The notes under the pieces: generated by a model
Seen by the model: only the letters and a program-made list of their open reading frames with translations
Told to the model about the DNA's origin: nothing
Database searches by the model: none
Source: a virus
Taxonomy: Duplodnaviria > Caudoviricetes
Reading direction: 5' to 3' (one strand)
Virus record (IMG/VR): IMGVR_UViG_3300010279_000001
Span: 32,001-96,000 of that record
DNA: 64,000 bases
Program-made: the position numbers and the translations under genes
Part shown: piece by piece, positions 24,233 through 32,141 of the stretch
Layout: every line of letters starts with the position of its first letter
Numbering within the stretch: position 1 is the first letter of the stretch

Positions 24233-24399
24233 ACTAAAATCTCCAGCCACCAGGCGCACGGAAACACTTTGAGGATTGAATCTTTGTCCGGCTCAGCTGT
24301 TCTTTCTCCATAAGGAAGGTAGAAATACCCTCCTGCAGATTCGAACACAACACCTTCGGTTGTATCTATTACAGTGAGAATTAAGATTTTAGTCTCCAT
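24229..24399 (-). CDS. 56-aa hypothetical protein
   Basis: GAGGAG RBS; manual translation METKILILTV... Confidence 0.65.
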   Translation of the reverse strand: METKILILTVIDTTEGVVFESAGGYFYLPYGERTAEPDKDSILKVFPCAWWLEILV

Positions 24400-24453
24400 A
24401 GTGGTCTCCTCTCTTAGTCGTTGTGGAAACTATATCACCTCAGAAGATGGTTG

Positions 24454-24912
24454 TCAACACTTTTTGTACTCTACCACGATCACATCAATGTCCATGGTGG
24501 CAAGATTAATGACATCCTCTACATGTTCCCACTTCAGACCACCAATACCACATCCGATCTTAGGAATGTAGAATGGTACGCTTGACCCTTTGAATACCTC
24601 ATTCACTTGCTCAAAACCCTTCATGATTGAGAAGTATTCTGCATTAGGACCTGGATAGAACTGGGTATACATATTGATCCCGTATACAACCCTATTCTTT
24701 GCAAAATATTCCCAATAAGAGAACGTTCCTAACTTATCCAAGTGACCATAGGCAGTCTCTTTGTCAGCTTCCAATGCTTGAGGGAACTCACGGACAATAT
24801 CTTTCGCTATGCCTGCACCCATTGTGTGGAAGCAGTTGCAACCGTGGATCATGTGGCCTGCACCTTTCTTGAAAAGGGAGATCAAATCTCCCTCTACAGT
24901 ATCTACAATCAT
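24454..24912 (-). CDS. macro-domain (ADP-ribose-binding/hydrolase) protein, T4 Tk.4-like
   Basis: GDL, HGCNC..TMGAGIA, N.YTQ and P.IGCGIGGL.W..V motifs. Confidence 0.85.
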   Translation of the reverse strand: MIVDTVEGDLISLFKKGAGHMIHGCNCFHTMGAGIAKDIVREFPQALEADKETAYGHLDKLGTFSYWEYFAKNRVVYGINMYTQFYPGPNAEYFSIMKGFEQVNEVFKGSSVPFYIPKIGCGIGGLKWEHVEDVINLATMDIDVIVVEYKKC

Positions 24913-25328
24913 AGCGCCAATTCCTCTTCTGCAATTTCCAGGAACTCCTCCCAACCTTGTGGCATGCTGGTGTTGCCGAAGTGGCTTTCGTAGTAAAGAT
25001 TTTTACCGCTCGGAAGGTAGAAATCTGTTACCTCGTAGAATCCACAATCGTCGCACTCACCTTCTTCAAATTTGGCTTTAACCTTAATGCCAAGGAAGGT
25101 GAAAAGCTTGTAGATATCGTCAGTCTCGAACTCCCACCGGATGTTATTTTCCGCATCAGTGTAGAACTGGATCAGCAGGCCATTCTCCAGCTTTCCAAAA
25201 TACTCGATGAAGTAACCTCCTTCTGTCCAAAAATCTTTGTGGCAAATGATGTCCATACGGTTACCCAGGATAAAGGTGTGGGCGTTCTGTTCATCGTCAC
25301 GAATCAGTTTCGGCATTTCATAAATCAT
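24909..25328 (-). CDS. hypothetical protein
   Basis: GGAG RBS; CDDC motif. Confidence 0.75.
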   Translation of the reverse strand: MIYEMPKLIRDDEQNAHTFILGNRMDIICHKDFWTEGGYFIEYFGKLENGLLIQFYTDAENNIRWEFETDDIYKLFTFLGIKVKAKFEEGECDDCGFYEVTDFYLPSGKNLYYESHFGNTSMPQGWEEFLEIAEEELAL

Positions 25329-25383
25329 CGTGGTTCTCCAGGTTCAACAGGTGGTGCCACAGGAAGATCATAGAACATAATTA

Positions 25384-25740
25384 TCACTCCCCTTTCCCAT
25401 AAAGCATGGCTTCGCGACAATCGTTCCACCCTTCAGCATAGTCACTATAGGCAAGAGGCCAACCTCTTATGTATTCACGCGGCAACTTATCAGGTACTAC
25501 TAGCGCTGGCGGGGCGGTATAAAGGTCGTAGCTTCCATCAGACAATGGGTGACCTACATACTCACCGAATCCATCAATACACATTTCCCCATCTTCAACA
25601 ATGCACGATGCTACAGGCTCCGCTTCCAGCGATGCCAGAGCAATTTCATAAGCACGGCGCTCAATATCGTCTCGAATGTTCTGGCTGTCTATACGCTCTT
25701 TGAGCTCTTTAATCAGTTCTTTGTCGGTGGAAGTGCTCAT
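25384..25740 (-). CDS. lambdoid Eaa/Ea22-like protein
   Basis: IALASLEAEPVA, LYTAPPA.VVP and GWN.CR.AML motifs typical of P22/lambdoid Eaa proteins. Confidence 0.7.
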   Translation of the reverse strand: MSTSTDKELIKELKERIDSQNIRDDIERRAYEIALASLEAEPVASCIVEDGEMCIDGFGEYVGHPLSDGSYDLYTAPPALVVPDKLPREYIRGWPLAYSDYAEGWNDCREAMLYGKGE

Positions 25741-25750
25741 ATCAGCCCCC

Positions 25751-25948
25751 TTACACAGGAATTGCTTCAAACAAACCGTTATCGATACCGTCCTTAATGT
25801 AGAGATTATACTCGATATCGGTATCTGTGAAAAGGGCTGCATCTAGCATCCTGTCTGTGAGTCCATCCATCGGGTGGAGAAACCACCACCCACGCCAGTC
25901 AAAGTAACAGCCTGGTGCATCTTCTCTTACACGGATTCGATAAATCAT
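25751..25948 (-). CDS. hypothetical protein
   Basis: GGAGG RBS. Confidence 0.7.
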   Translation of the reverse strand: MIYRIRVREDAPGCYFDWRGWWFLHPMDGLTDRMLDAALFTDTDIEYNLYIKDGIDNGLFEAIPV

Positions 25949-26044
25949 GGGCAGTGGCCTCCTGTTAGTTATACATCCCAGTTTTCTTCGTTCATCACGT
26001 CCTCCCGTTTTATGAAGCTATAATGACACACCTTTCAACCTGTG

Positions 26045-26461
26045 TCAACAGAAAACTTCAATAAATTCTTCCACAGTTTTAATGTCGTGGGAAAAAGGTT
26101 TACGGCTATAACGAGCGATAGCCCCGTCAACCACAGCGCGATACTTCAAATCTTCAGAATACTTCATGAAGCATTGCAGCGTCTCTGGGCAGATAGCTAA
26201 ATAGCTCCACCACCCCTCTTCAGATTGGTAGTCGAATCCCATACTCTCCAACCATGAAGCGTACACACCTGCACCCTCTAGCCAGTGGGTATTTTCATCA
26301 AGAAATTTATTCACCGACATGTGTGCTTCCAGGCACTCGTCAAGCTCTTTTCCGTTAACCAGCCATGCACTGACTGTGGCGCATCCGAGGTCTACAGATT
26401 GAGTTGACAGGTTGTATTGGTCATAGTTCTCAGGTTTAACAATGATATCTTCTAATGTCAT
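26045..26461 (-). CDS. hypothetical protein
   Basis: AAGGAG RBS. Confidence 0.8.
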   Translation of the reverse strand: MTLEDIIVKPENYDQYNLSTQSVDLGCATVSAWLVNGKELDECLEAHMSVNKFLDENTHWLEGAGVYASWLESMGFDYQSEEGWWSYLAICPETLQCFMKYSEDLKYRAVVDGAIARYSRKPFSHDIKTVEEFIEVFC

Positions 26462-26480
26462 TTTTCAGATCTCCTTATAC

Positions 26481-26509
26481 AAAAATGCCCCACCCTTTCG
26501 GGCAGGGCT
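26481..26509 (-). terminator. intrinsic terminator (hairpin repeated at 37476-37501)
   Basis: GCCCTGCCC-GAAA-GGGTGGGGC plus U-tract. Confidence 0.75.
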
Positions 26510-26523
26510 ATGTTAACTAGATG

Positions 26524-27102
26524 TTAGAAGTATTCATAGAAGTATCCATCTGGAGCTGGAATTTTTTCATGAATGTAGTAACCAACATATATTCCGGTTT
26601 CTCTGCTGCAAGAGTTGTGGGATACCCATTCTTTAAGAACGTTGCCATTCATGTCCAACCTCCTTACATTTTTGCACCGTCTACCGCTGGTGCTTCTATG
26701 TAACAGAATATCCTCTGTCTGCTTGTCCTTATTTTCTCCCCAAGTCGTTAAACGGATATTATCAAAAGAGTATCCTTTGAAATCGTCTATCCTGTCACAA
26801 GAAGGCTTTTTCCTTTTGTCGTATCCGCTGGCTACCCATTGGTCATACAACTCTTTGTAACCGTTTAGGTATAGCCACTCTTTAAACTCTTTTTTGGTGT
26901 AAGTCGGAGGAGGGTGACCTCTTTGCTTGCTGTTGCACTTTTGAGTCTTGTACAACACACGTATTACACCTTTTTCTGAAGAGTCTTTAGCAAATTGGTC
27001 AGCCTCCCTGCTGGCCTTCTTACAGCACTCTTTGCACGTTGATTTGTTGCTGGTGTAGAAGTCGGAGGCCTCCTTGTCCTCCCCACAACGTTTGCATTTC
27101 AT
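26524..27102 (-). CDS. free-standing HNH-type homing endonuclease with N-terminal Zn finger and NUMOD1-like C-terminus
   Basis: CKRC...F...CKEC; S.DRID...GYS.DNI......EN; LD.NG...KEW.S.....RETGI. Confidence 0.7.
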   Translation of the reverse strand: MKCKRCGEDKEASDFYTSNKSTCKECCKKASREADQFAKDSSEKGVIRVLYKTQKCNSKQRGHPPPTYTKKEFKEWLYLNGYKELYDQWVASGYDKRKKPSCDRIDDFKGYSFDNIRLTTWGENKDKQTEDILLHRSTSGRRCKNVRRLDMNGNVLKEWVSHNSCSRETGIYVGYYIHEKIPAPDGYFYEYF

Positions 27103-27110
27103 AACTGACC

Positions 27111-28334
27111 TCAGAAAGGGATCGAGTCATCAAACTCATACTGTGCTGGATTCTGATCCATCGGGTCATCTTCCTCGTCATTTACAGGAGGAGCATCTAC
27201 AGTGTTTTGCTGTGGGTCGGCTTCCTGTTTGGCAGCCTGTGGTTCAGGTTGTTGAGTGGTAGCACCGTTCTTGATCCAATCATACAATGGTTCAGCCAAA
27301 TTAGTCAAGACATCTTTCGCTTCTGTAGTAATTGCTGCCGCAAAATTCTCAACTTTTGTTTTCTTGTCAATACGGCGACAAGCGTTCAACACCGCATTAC
27401 CGACACTGGCACCTACTTCATCTTCAGTTCGGTTGGTGGCTTGAGCATACTCTTTCTTAAGCTCGATGGTGACTACGTGCAGTGTTTTAGCCACGCCTAG
27501 GGGGTCGTCTACCTTAAACCCACGATCCAGGATGATCTGCAACGCATTGATGCTATGCCCCGTCTCCACACCGATAGGGTCGTAAGAGGATTTACGCTTG
27601 CCACCAGAGCCTTGAGTGCCGTTCTCTGCCTTAGGTGGGTAGGCTTTGAAACCACTGATAATGTTTCCGGTATCTTTGTCCACAATGGCTGCAACACGAC
27701 CACCTACCACCAGGTCTTTAAGCTGCTCATCAGTTACAACCATAGCACCTTCGCCAATCTTGTGGTCATTTACAGTAACCACGTTGCCAACAATCTGAGT
27801 AACATCACCATAGATGCGTAAAACGTCCTGATTGGCATTCTGCTGAGGTTTCTGCTTCTGGCCTTGTGATTGTGCACCTTGTTGCTGTTTTTGCTGCTGA
27901 GTCGCTGCTGGAGCCTCTCCTGCACCCAGCTTAACCATCTTAGCCAGTGAGCCCTTGTAATAGGTCTTACCGTTATGCTCGTTTGCTTTCAAAGGGATAT
28001 TTACGATCCATCCTGGTGTTACGGTTTCCCACTTGTCATCAATCTTAACAGAGACAGAGTCTTGATGACCTGGTTTAAGCAGCTTATCACCCATGCTGAT
28101 CCAGACTTCTTCACCACCTTGAAGCAGGTTATCAGAGGAATCCAGTTCAGAAATCAGTAAAGAGATGGTGTGGCTGGATTCAATTTTCTTACCTTGCCAC
28201 ACAGTGGTTTTAATACCTGTTGTAGGATCAGCACCTTTGATAGGCTTGATGCTAACACGTTTAATCATGCCGTGAGCCAGTAAAACAGTTTCACGCGGAT
28301 TCATTGGGTTAGCGAATTGTTGAATAACGCTCAT
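27111..28334 (-). CDS. putative single-stranded DNA-binding protein
   Basis: Q-rich linkers and acidic SSB-type tail FDDSIPF. Confidence 0.55.
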   Translation of the reverse strand: MSVIQQFANPMNPRETVLLAHGMIKRVSIKPIKGADPTTGIKTTVWQGKKIESSHTISLLISELDSSDNLLQGGEEVWISMGDKLLKPGHQDSVSVKIDDKWETVTPGWIVNIPLKANEHNGKTYYKGSLAKMVKLGAGEAPAATQQQKQQQGAQSQGQKQKPQQNANQDVLRIYGDVTQIVGNVVTVNDHKIGEGAMVVTDEQLKDLVVGGRVAAIVDKDTGNIISGFKAYPPKAENGTQGSGGKRKSSYDPIGVETGHSINALQIILDRGFKVDDPLGVAKTLHVVTIELKKEYAQATNRTEDEVGASVGNAVLNACRRIDKKTKVENFAAAITTEAKDVLTNLAEPLYDWIKNGATTQQPEPQAAKQEADPQQNTVDAPPVNDEEDDPMDQNPAQYEFDDSIPF

Positions 28335-28699
28335 TATTTGTCTCCTTGTTCTTCGTTAGTGCTTGCCGTGTGTGCGAACCCTGCTTGAATTAATTTGTCC
28401 TGAACTTGAGCCAACAGGCCCATTGCAAAACTTGTGGTCCCAGAGAGGGCCATCAGCATATCCCGTTGTTGAGCTACCCAACCTAAGGCATAGTCCAAAC
28501 GACGATATTTTTCTTCTTCACGCAAAGCTTGGAATAATTGTTCAGCCTCTGGCTGTTGTGTGAGCTCCTGAAGTCTTCCCATGAAAGAAGAAAGCACTAG
28601 CAGAAGAGACACTTGATCTTTACTTAACCCTAAGAAAAATTCTTGAGGTTGTTCTTGCTCGTTCATCGCAACCGACGCTTGATCGTTCATTTGTTCCAT
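28334..28699 (-). CDS. hypothetical protein
   Basis: GGAG RBS; coupled to the SSB-like gene. Confidence 0.75.
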   Translation of the reverse strand: MEQMNDQASVAMNEQEQPQEFFLGLSKDQVSLLLVLSSFMGRLQELTQQPEAEQLFQALREEEKYRRLDYALGWVAQQRDMLMALSGTTSFAMGLLAQVQDKLIQAGFAHTASTNEEQGDK

Positions 28700-28782
28700 T
28701 ATGGAATCTCCGATTTTATTTGAACAACATAGAAGGAGACACTATTTTAGCATCCCCTTCTGTAAATTACAATAGGTATTTG

Positions 28783-29028
28783 TTAGCCAATCACTTCGAA
28801 AGTTCCCCAATTCCCGTCCAGCAGGCAGGTGATCGGATCTCCATCGTCGTCAAAGATTTCAAAGTTTTCAGCATCCAGGATGTGGCCCTCGAACACAATA
28901 CTCTCGTCGCCACCACCAGAAATAACAGCGTATTCCTTACCTTGAGTCAAGTTTTGACACCCTTTGCCACCAAAACCTACTTCCACACAACGTACTTTCT
29001 GTCCTGCGCGAGCAACTACTTTAGCCAT
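28783..29028 (-). CDS. small SH3-like family protein
   Basis: KVRC...LT.GKEY...I.DDDGD...FEVI. Confidence 0.75.
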   Translation of the reverse strand: MAKVVARAGQKVRCVEVGFGGKGCQNLTQGKEYAVISGGGDESIVFEGHILDAENFEIFDDDGDPITCLLDGNWGTFEVIG

Positions 29029-29045
29029 CTTAAGGTCTCCTGATA

Positions 29046-29348
29046 TTAATCGTCAAGTTCAAAATAGATTTTAACAGCTTCATCAAAGATTGGAATCCCG
29101 ATGTTGTTGATAAGCTGCCAAACTACCATATCTTTACCTGGGTCTGGGAGAATGTCAACCTTTCTCCATGCGCTGTATATCCAGTTCGGACCACCTTCTG
29201 CACTAACTGGCAGATTTTCACCAGCCTCCTGCAGATACTTATACAGCAAAAGATATTCTGGATACTCTAGAACACTGTCCTCTGTAGTGTATAGCAGTTC
29301 ACGGTATACTTTTAAGAACCCTGCGGGGGTGATGTTTTCAGTCTTCAT
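29046..29348 (-). CDS. hypothetical protein
   Basis: GAGG RBS before ATG 29348. Confidence 0.7.
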   Translation of the reverse strand: MKTENITPAGFLKVYRELLYTTEDSVLEYPEYLLLYKYLQEAGENLPVSAEGGPNWIYSAWRKVDILPDPGKDMVVWQLINNIGIPIFDEAVKIYFELDD

Positions 29349-29727
29349 TTGCTGCCTCTCCTGCATTCATCAGGTCTTTCATAGCGTCTCCCACAAAGAG
29401 AACTACTACATCGTTAACTGCTTCAGCATCATCTTTATTGACGTTGCTGAATTTAGGACACACTGCAATAACCATATAGGCCCCACTCCCCAACTGCACA
29501 GTGCGTGTGGTACACATCAGGGCAGTGTTTGTGCCCTCTTTGAAGGCAAATCCTTGCAGACGTTCTTCCAGAGAGTCTCCTGTTGATTTCAGCAATGCCA
29601 GCTCGTCCAAGGCATAGAGGATATCTCCAGAAGTCAGTGTTGCCTTGCCATCAGACACTATAATCACCCCATCAGCACCGTCAAGCTTGGAGGCTTCAAA
29701 GATATTAATATCCCAAATGTTTTTCAT
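29338..29727 (-). CDS. hypothetical protein
   Basis: GAGGA RBS. Confidence 0.75.
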   Translation of the reverse strand: MKNIWDINIFEASKLDGADGVIIVSDGKATLTSGDILYALDELALLKSTGDSLEERLQGFAFKEGTNTALMCTTRTVQLGSGAYMVIAVCPKFSNVNKDDAEAVNDVVVLFVGDAMKDLMNAGEAANED

Positions 29728-29987
29728 CACGCTTCCTCGTCGTCTAAGGAGTTGAAGATTTCACCGAAGTATTCTAAGACTTCTAGCTCCCGTGTGGTGC
29801 AGAAAACACAGTCACCGTTGTCATCCTCGATAACGGCCTCTTTGCCCAGAATATCTACTTCAAGTTCATCGTTCAACAGGACGGCCCCTGTGTAAACTTT
29901 GTCAGCTGTGCAGTCCCGAAAAGCAGAGTCCTTCTCCAGATAGTCTGGCTTAACCTTGGCTTTAATTCGTTGGTATTGTTTGGTCAT
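29727..29987 (-). CDS. small SH3-like family protein, paralogue of 30051
   Basis: AF.DCT...VY and DD.GD.V.CT..E shared. Confidence 0.75.
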   Translation of the reverse strand: MTKQYQRIKAKVKPDYLEKDSAFRDCTADKVYTGAVLLNDELEVDILGKEAVIEDDNGDCVFCTTRELEVLEYFGEIFNSLDDEEA

Positions 29988-30050
29988 TACTGTGGTCCCC
30001 TTTCGTTTTGATAGGGCCATTATATTAGGCCCCATCACTGTTGTCAAGTA

Positions 30051-30305
30051 TTAATGTTCAGGTTTTACAAAAACGACTTCATTAACAGTGCACCAGACAG
30101 AGTCTCCTTCATCATCTTTAAAGGTGAGGCACTGTGCCGCCTGTTCCAGTTCATCAATCTCTTCTTGAGATAAAGGGGCACCCTCTTCCAGGAGAGCTTT
30201 TACCAGAGGGTTATCACAAAACTTGGCTTCATAAATAGCACCAAGTGTGCAATCTTTAAAAGCTCGGTCATTTGCAACGCACTCTGGTTTTAACATGATT
30301 TTCAT
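30051..30305 (-). CDS. small SH3-like family protein
   Basis: GAGGAG RBS; paralogue of 29727. Confidence 0.75.
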   Translation of the reverse strand: MKIMLKPECVANDRAFKDCTLGAIYEAKFCDNPLVKALLEEGAPLSQEEIDELEQAAQCLTFKDDEGDSVWCTVNEVVFVKPEH

Positions 30306-30380
30306 TTCGAGGTCTCCTCAGTTATTTAGCAATGAACTCTCTGTTTGTGTGAAGCATCTTACTACCAATTTCACTTCTTG

Positions 30381-30752
30381 TCAACGACTATTTTCAATCA
30401 TCCACCAGGGATCGAGATAAGTTTGTTGACTTTTTGCCCACTGGCAAACATCTTCGTACATCTGGACTTCGTTTTCAGTTAGCTCACGAATAGGTTCGTC
30501 TATGCCTACATCTTTGTGGTAATCCCAACTGGCATCGATTTCCCACAGCCATGGCTTGTTGTCACCACGCTTACGCACACAGAAGTCGCCAGGACGACCT
30601 GCCAGTGCGTTTAAGAACTCATTCTCCGCTCGCTCCTGAAGAACACTAAGGAGCAAAACGTTGGAGCATGACCGTAAAATATGCTTCAGCTCACAATCAT
30701 CGATCTCAACTTCAATACGTTGCTTAACGGTGTGGGTACCTTTTACTAACAT
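30381..30752 (-). CDS. hypothetical protein
   Basis: GGAGG RBS before ATG 30752. Confidence 0.75.
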   Translation of the reverse strand: MLVKGTHTVKQRIEVEIDDCELKHILRSCSNVLLLSVLQERAENEFLNALAGRPGDFCVRKRGDNKPWLWEIDASWDYHKDVGIDEPIRELTENEVQMYEDVCQWAKSQQTYLDPWWMIENSR

Positions 30753-30762
30753 TCTACCTCCT

Positions 30763-30957
30763 CTATACAAACTCTGCAAGGGTTGTGTTGCTCATCGCAC
30801 TGCGGTAAATAGAATATCCTAACCCGTTAGAGTGTAAAAACCACGGTGTGCCGAAATTATCTTTCACGTAGACATCCCCGTTGCTTGTAAAGGGCCAATA
30901 TTCTTCCCCAAGGGTAAAATACCTACTCATGCCTTCAGCCAGATACTTTACTTTCAT
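30763..30957 (-). CDS. small SH3-like family protein
   Basis: FT.G.EY...VKDN.G..W. Confidence 0.7.
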   Translation of the reverse strand: MKVKYLAEGMSRYFTLGEEYWPFTSNGDVYVKDNFGTPWFLHSNGLGYSIYRSAMSNTTLAEFV

Positions 30958-31181
30958 AGAGCCTCTTCTACAGCTTCAAACTTAGCAAGCAGGGTAGTCC
31001 CGTAGATATGGTATTCACCATTCGCCATATGCGAGACGCACCAGGTGATACCTTCCTCGTCTTCGATCATATTGTTTCTTCGATCCTTATCGTAATAAAC
31101 CTTGTAGACCTTTCCTTCTTTAAAGAATGTTAGGTCTGCCATCTTCTCTTCTACAAACGTAGCTTTAACTAAAGTTGTCAT
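30954..31181 (-). CDS. small SH3-like family protein
   Basis: FF..GKVY.V...IEDE.G..W. Confidence 0.7.
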   Translation of the reverse strand: MTTLVKATFVEEKMADLTFFKEGKVYKVYYDKDRRNNMIEDEEGITWCVSHMANGEYHIYGTTLLAKFEAVEEAL

Positions 31182-31495
31182 TGGTCTGTCTCCTTCTTGT
31201 TGAGTCTGAATACTGCAATAATAGCATTCCCAAGGTGCAGTGTCAAGTCGTTTCCAAGATACCACAGCATCCCACGGTCATCTTTAATGAAAGGGTAACA
31301 ATCTGGTGCCTTCCAGACATTGTACACTCTCCCAACCTGAAAGAAATCAGGCCCTGTTGGGATTTTGGTGCCAGGCCACACTTGAGATACCTGAACACAC
31401 TCCACCTGCATAATAACAGGGATAGTCATGGATGTAAATGTTTTTGTTGGTTCTACTACCATAAAAGTCTCCTCTTTGCTCAACAACACTTCCAT
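31178..31495 (-). CDS. small SH3-like family protein
   Basis: FF.VGRVY.V...IKDD.G..W; start uncertain. Confidence 0.65.
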   Translation of the reverse strand: MEVLLSKEETFMVVEPTKTFTSMTIPVIMQVECVQVSQVWPGTKIPTGPDFFQVGRVYNVWKAPDCYPFIKDDRGMLWYLGNDLTLHLGNAIIAVFRLNKKETDQ

Positions 31496-31511
31496 GTGTT
31501 GATAGTTTACA

Positions 31512-31865
31512 TTAGTGACAATCACCCCAATTACGACCACACAAGTATTCACCTGTGATCTGGAACGGGACTCCCATCATTTTAGAAGCTTGCCAGAAGC
31601 AATGCACCACCATTTCACCCACAGGGCTCCAGATAAGTTCAAGCTTTCCGTCATCGTTCAGGATAGGATCGTACACCGTGTTTCCGTCTCTGTCAACCAC
31701 TTCGTTTCCGTCCTCATCCTTGCGTGCCTTTTTGTACTTATGACCGTCGAACACATGAAGTTTGGCCTCCTGCTCTGCCTTAAATGCTTCCAGTTCTTCA
31801 ATTGTGTCGAAGGTGTACACAGTCTTATACTTCGGTGTGTCAGGCACTTGAAGTTGGTACTCATC
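31512..31865 (-). CDS. DNA polymerase (family A), exon 2
   Basis: Begins DEYQ, completing motif C (H/DE); ends GRNWGDCH as in Pol A C-termini. Confidence 0.9.
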   Translation of the reverse strand, partial: DEYQLQVPDTPKYKTVYTFDTIEELEAFKAEQEAKLHVFDGHKYKKARKDEDGNEVVDRDGNTVYDPILNDDGKLELIWSPVGEMVVHCFWQASKMMGVPFQITGEYLCGRNWGDCH

Positions 31866-32141
31866 CAATAGTTCAGGTAGGTCGTTAAGCTACCCCGCAC
31901 CATTACGTGCATAGCCATACGTTTTCACGTAGGATCGGACCATCTCACATTCCTATGGTAAGCAACCACAGGAATCCTCCCATTTCGACCGCACTTGCTG
32001 GTCTACTTCCTTTCGGAATGGCCTCTGAGCGTTCGCTCTTTTGAGCGCTTCGTTGCGGATTACCTTGCCATAAGGTTTAGGCTTCCCGCAGTTAAAGAGG
32101 TTATTCGACATAGATTACTCTATGAAGCCACAATGTTATTT
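31866..32141 (-). ncRNA. group I intron (IA2-like), 276 nt, no internal ORF
   Basis: 5' exon ends in U paired with G (CCAU/GUGG, P1); P10 CAUU/GAUG; P AACUGCGGGAA; Q AAUCCGCAAC; P7 GGCCA/UGGUC; P7.1, P7.2, P8 and P9-9.2 hairpins; terminal G; splicing restores the frame. Confidence 0.92.
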
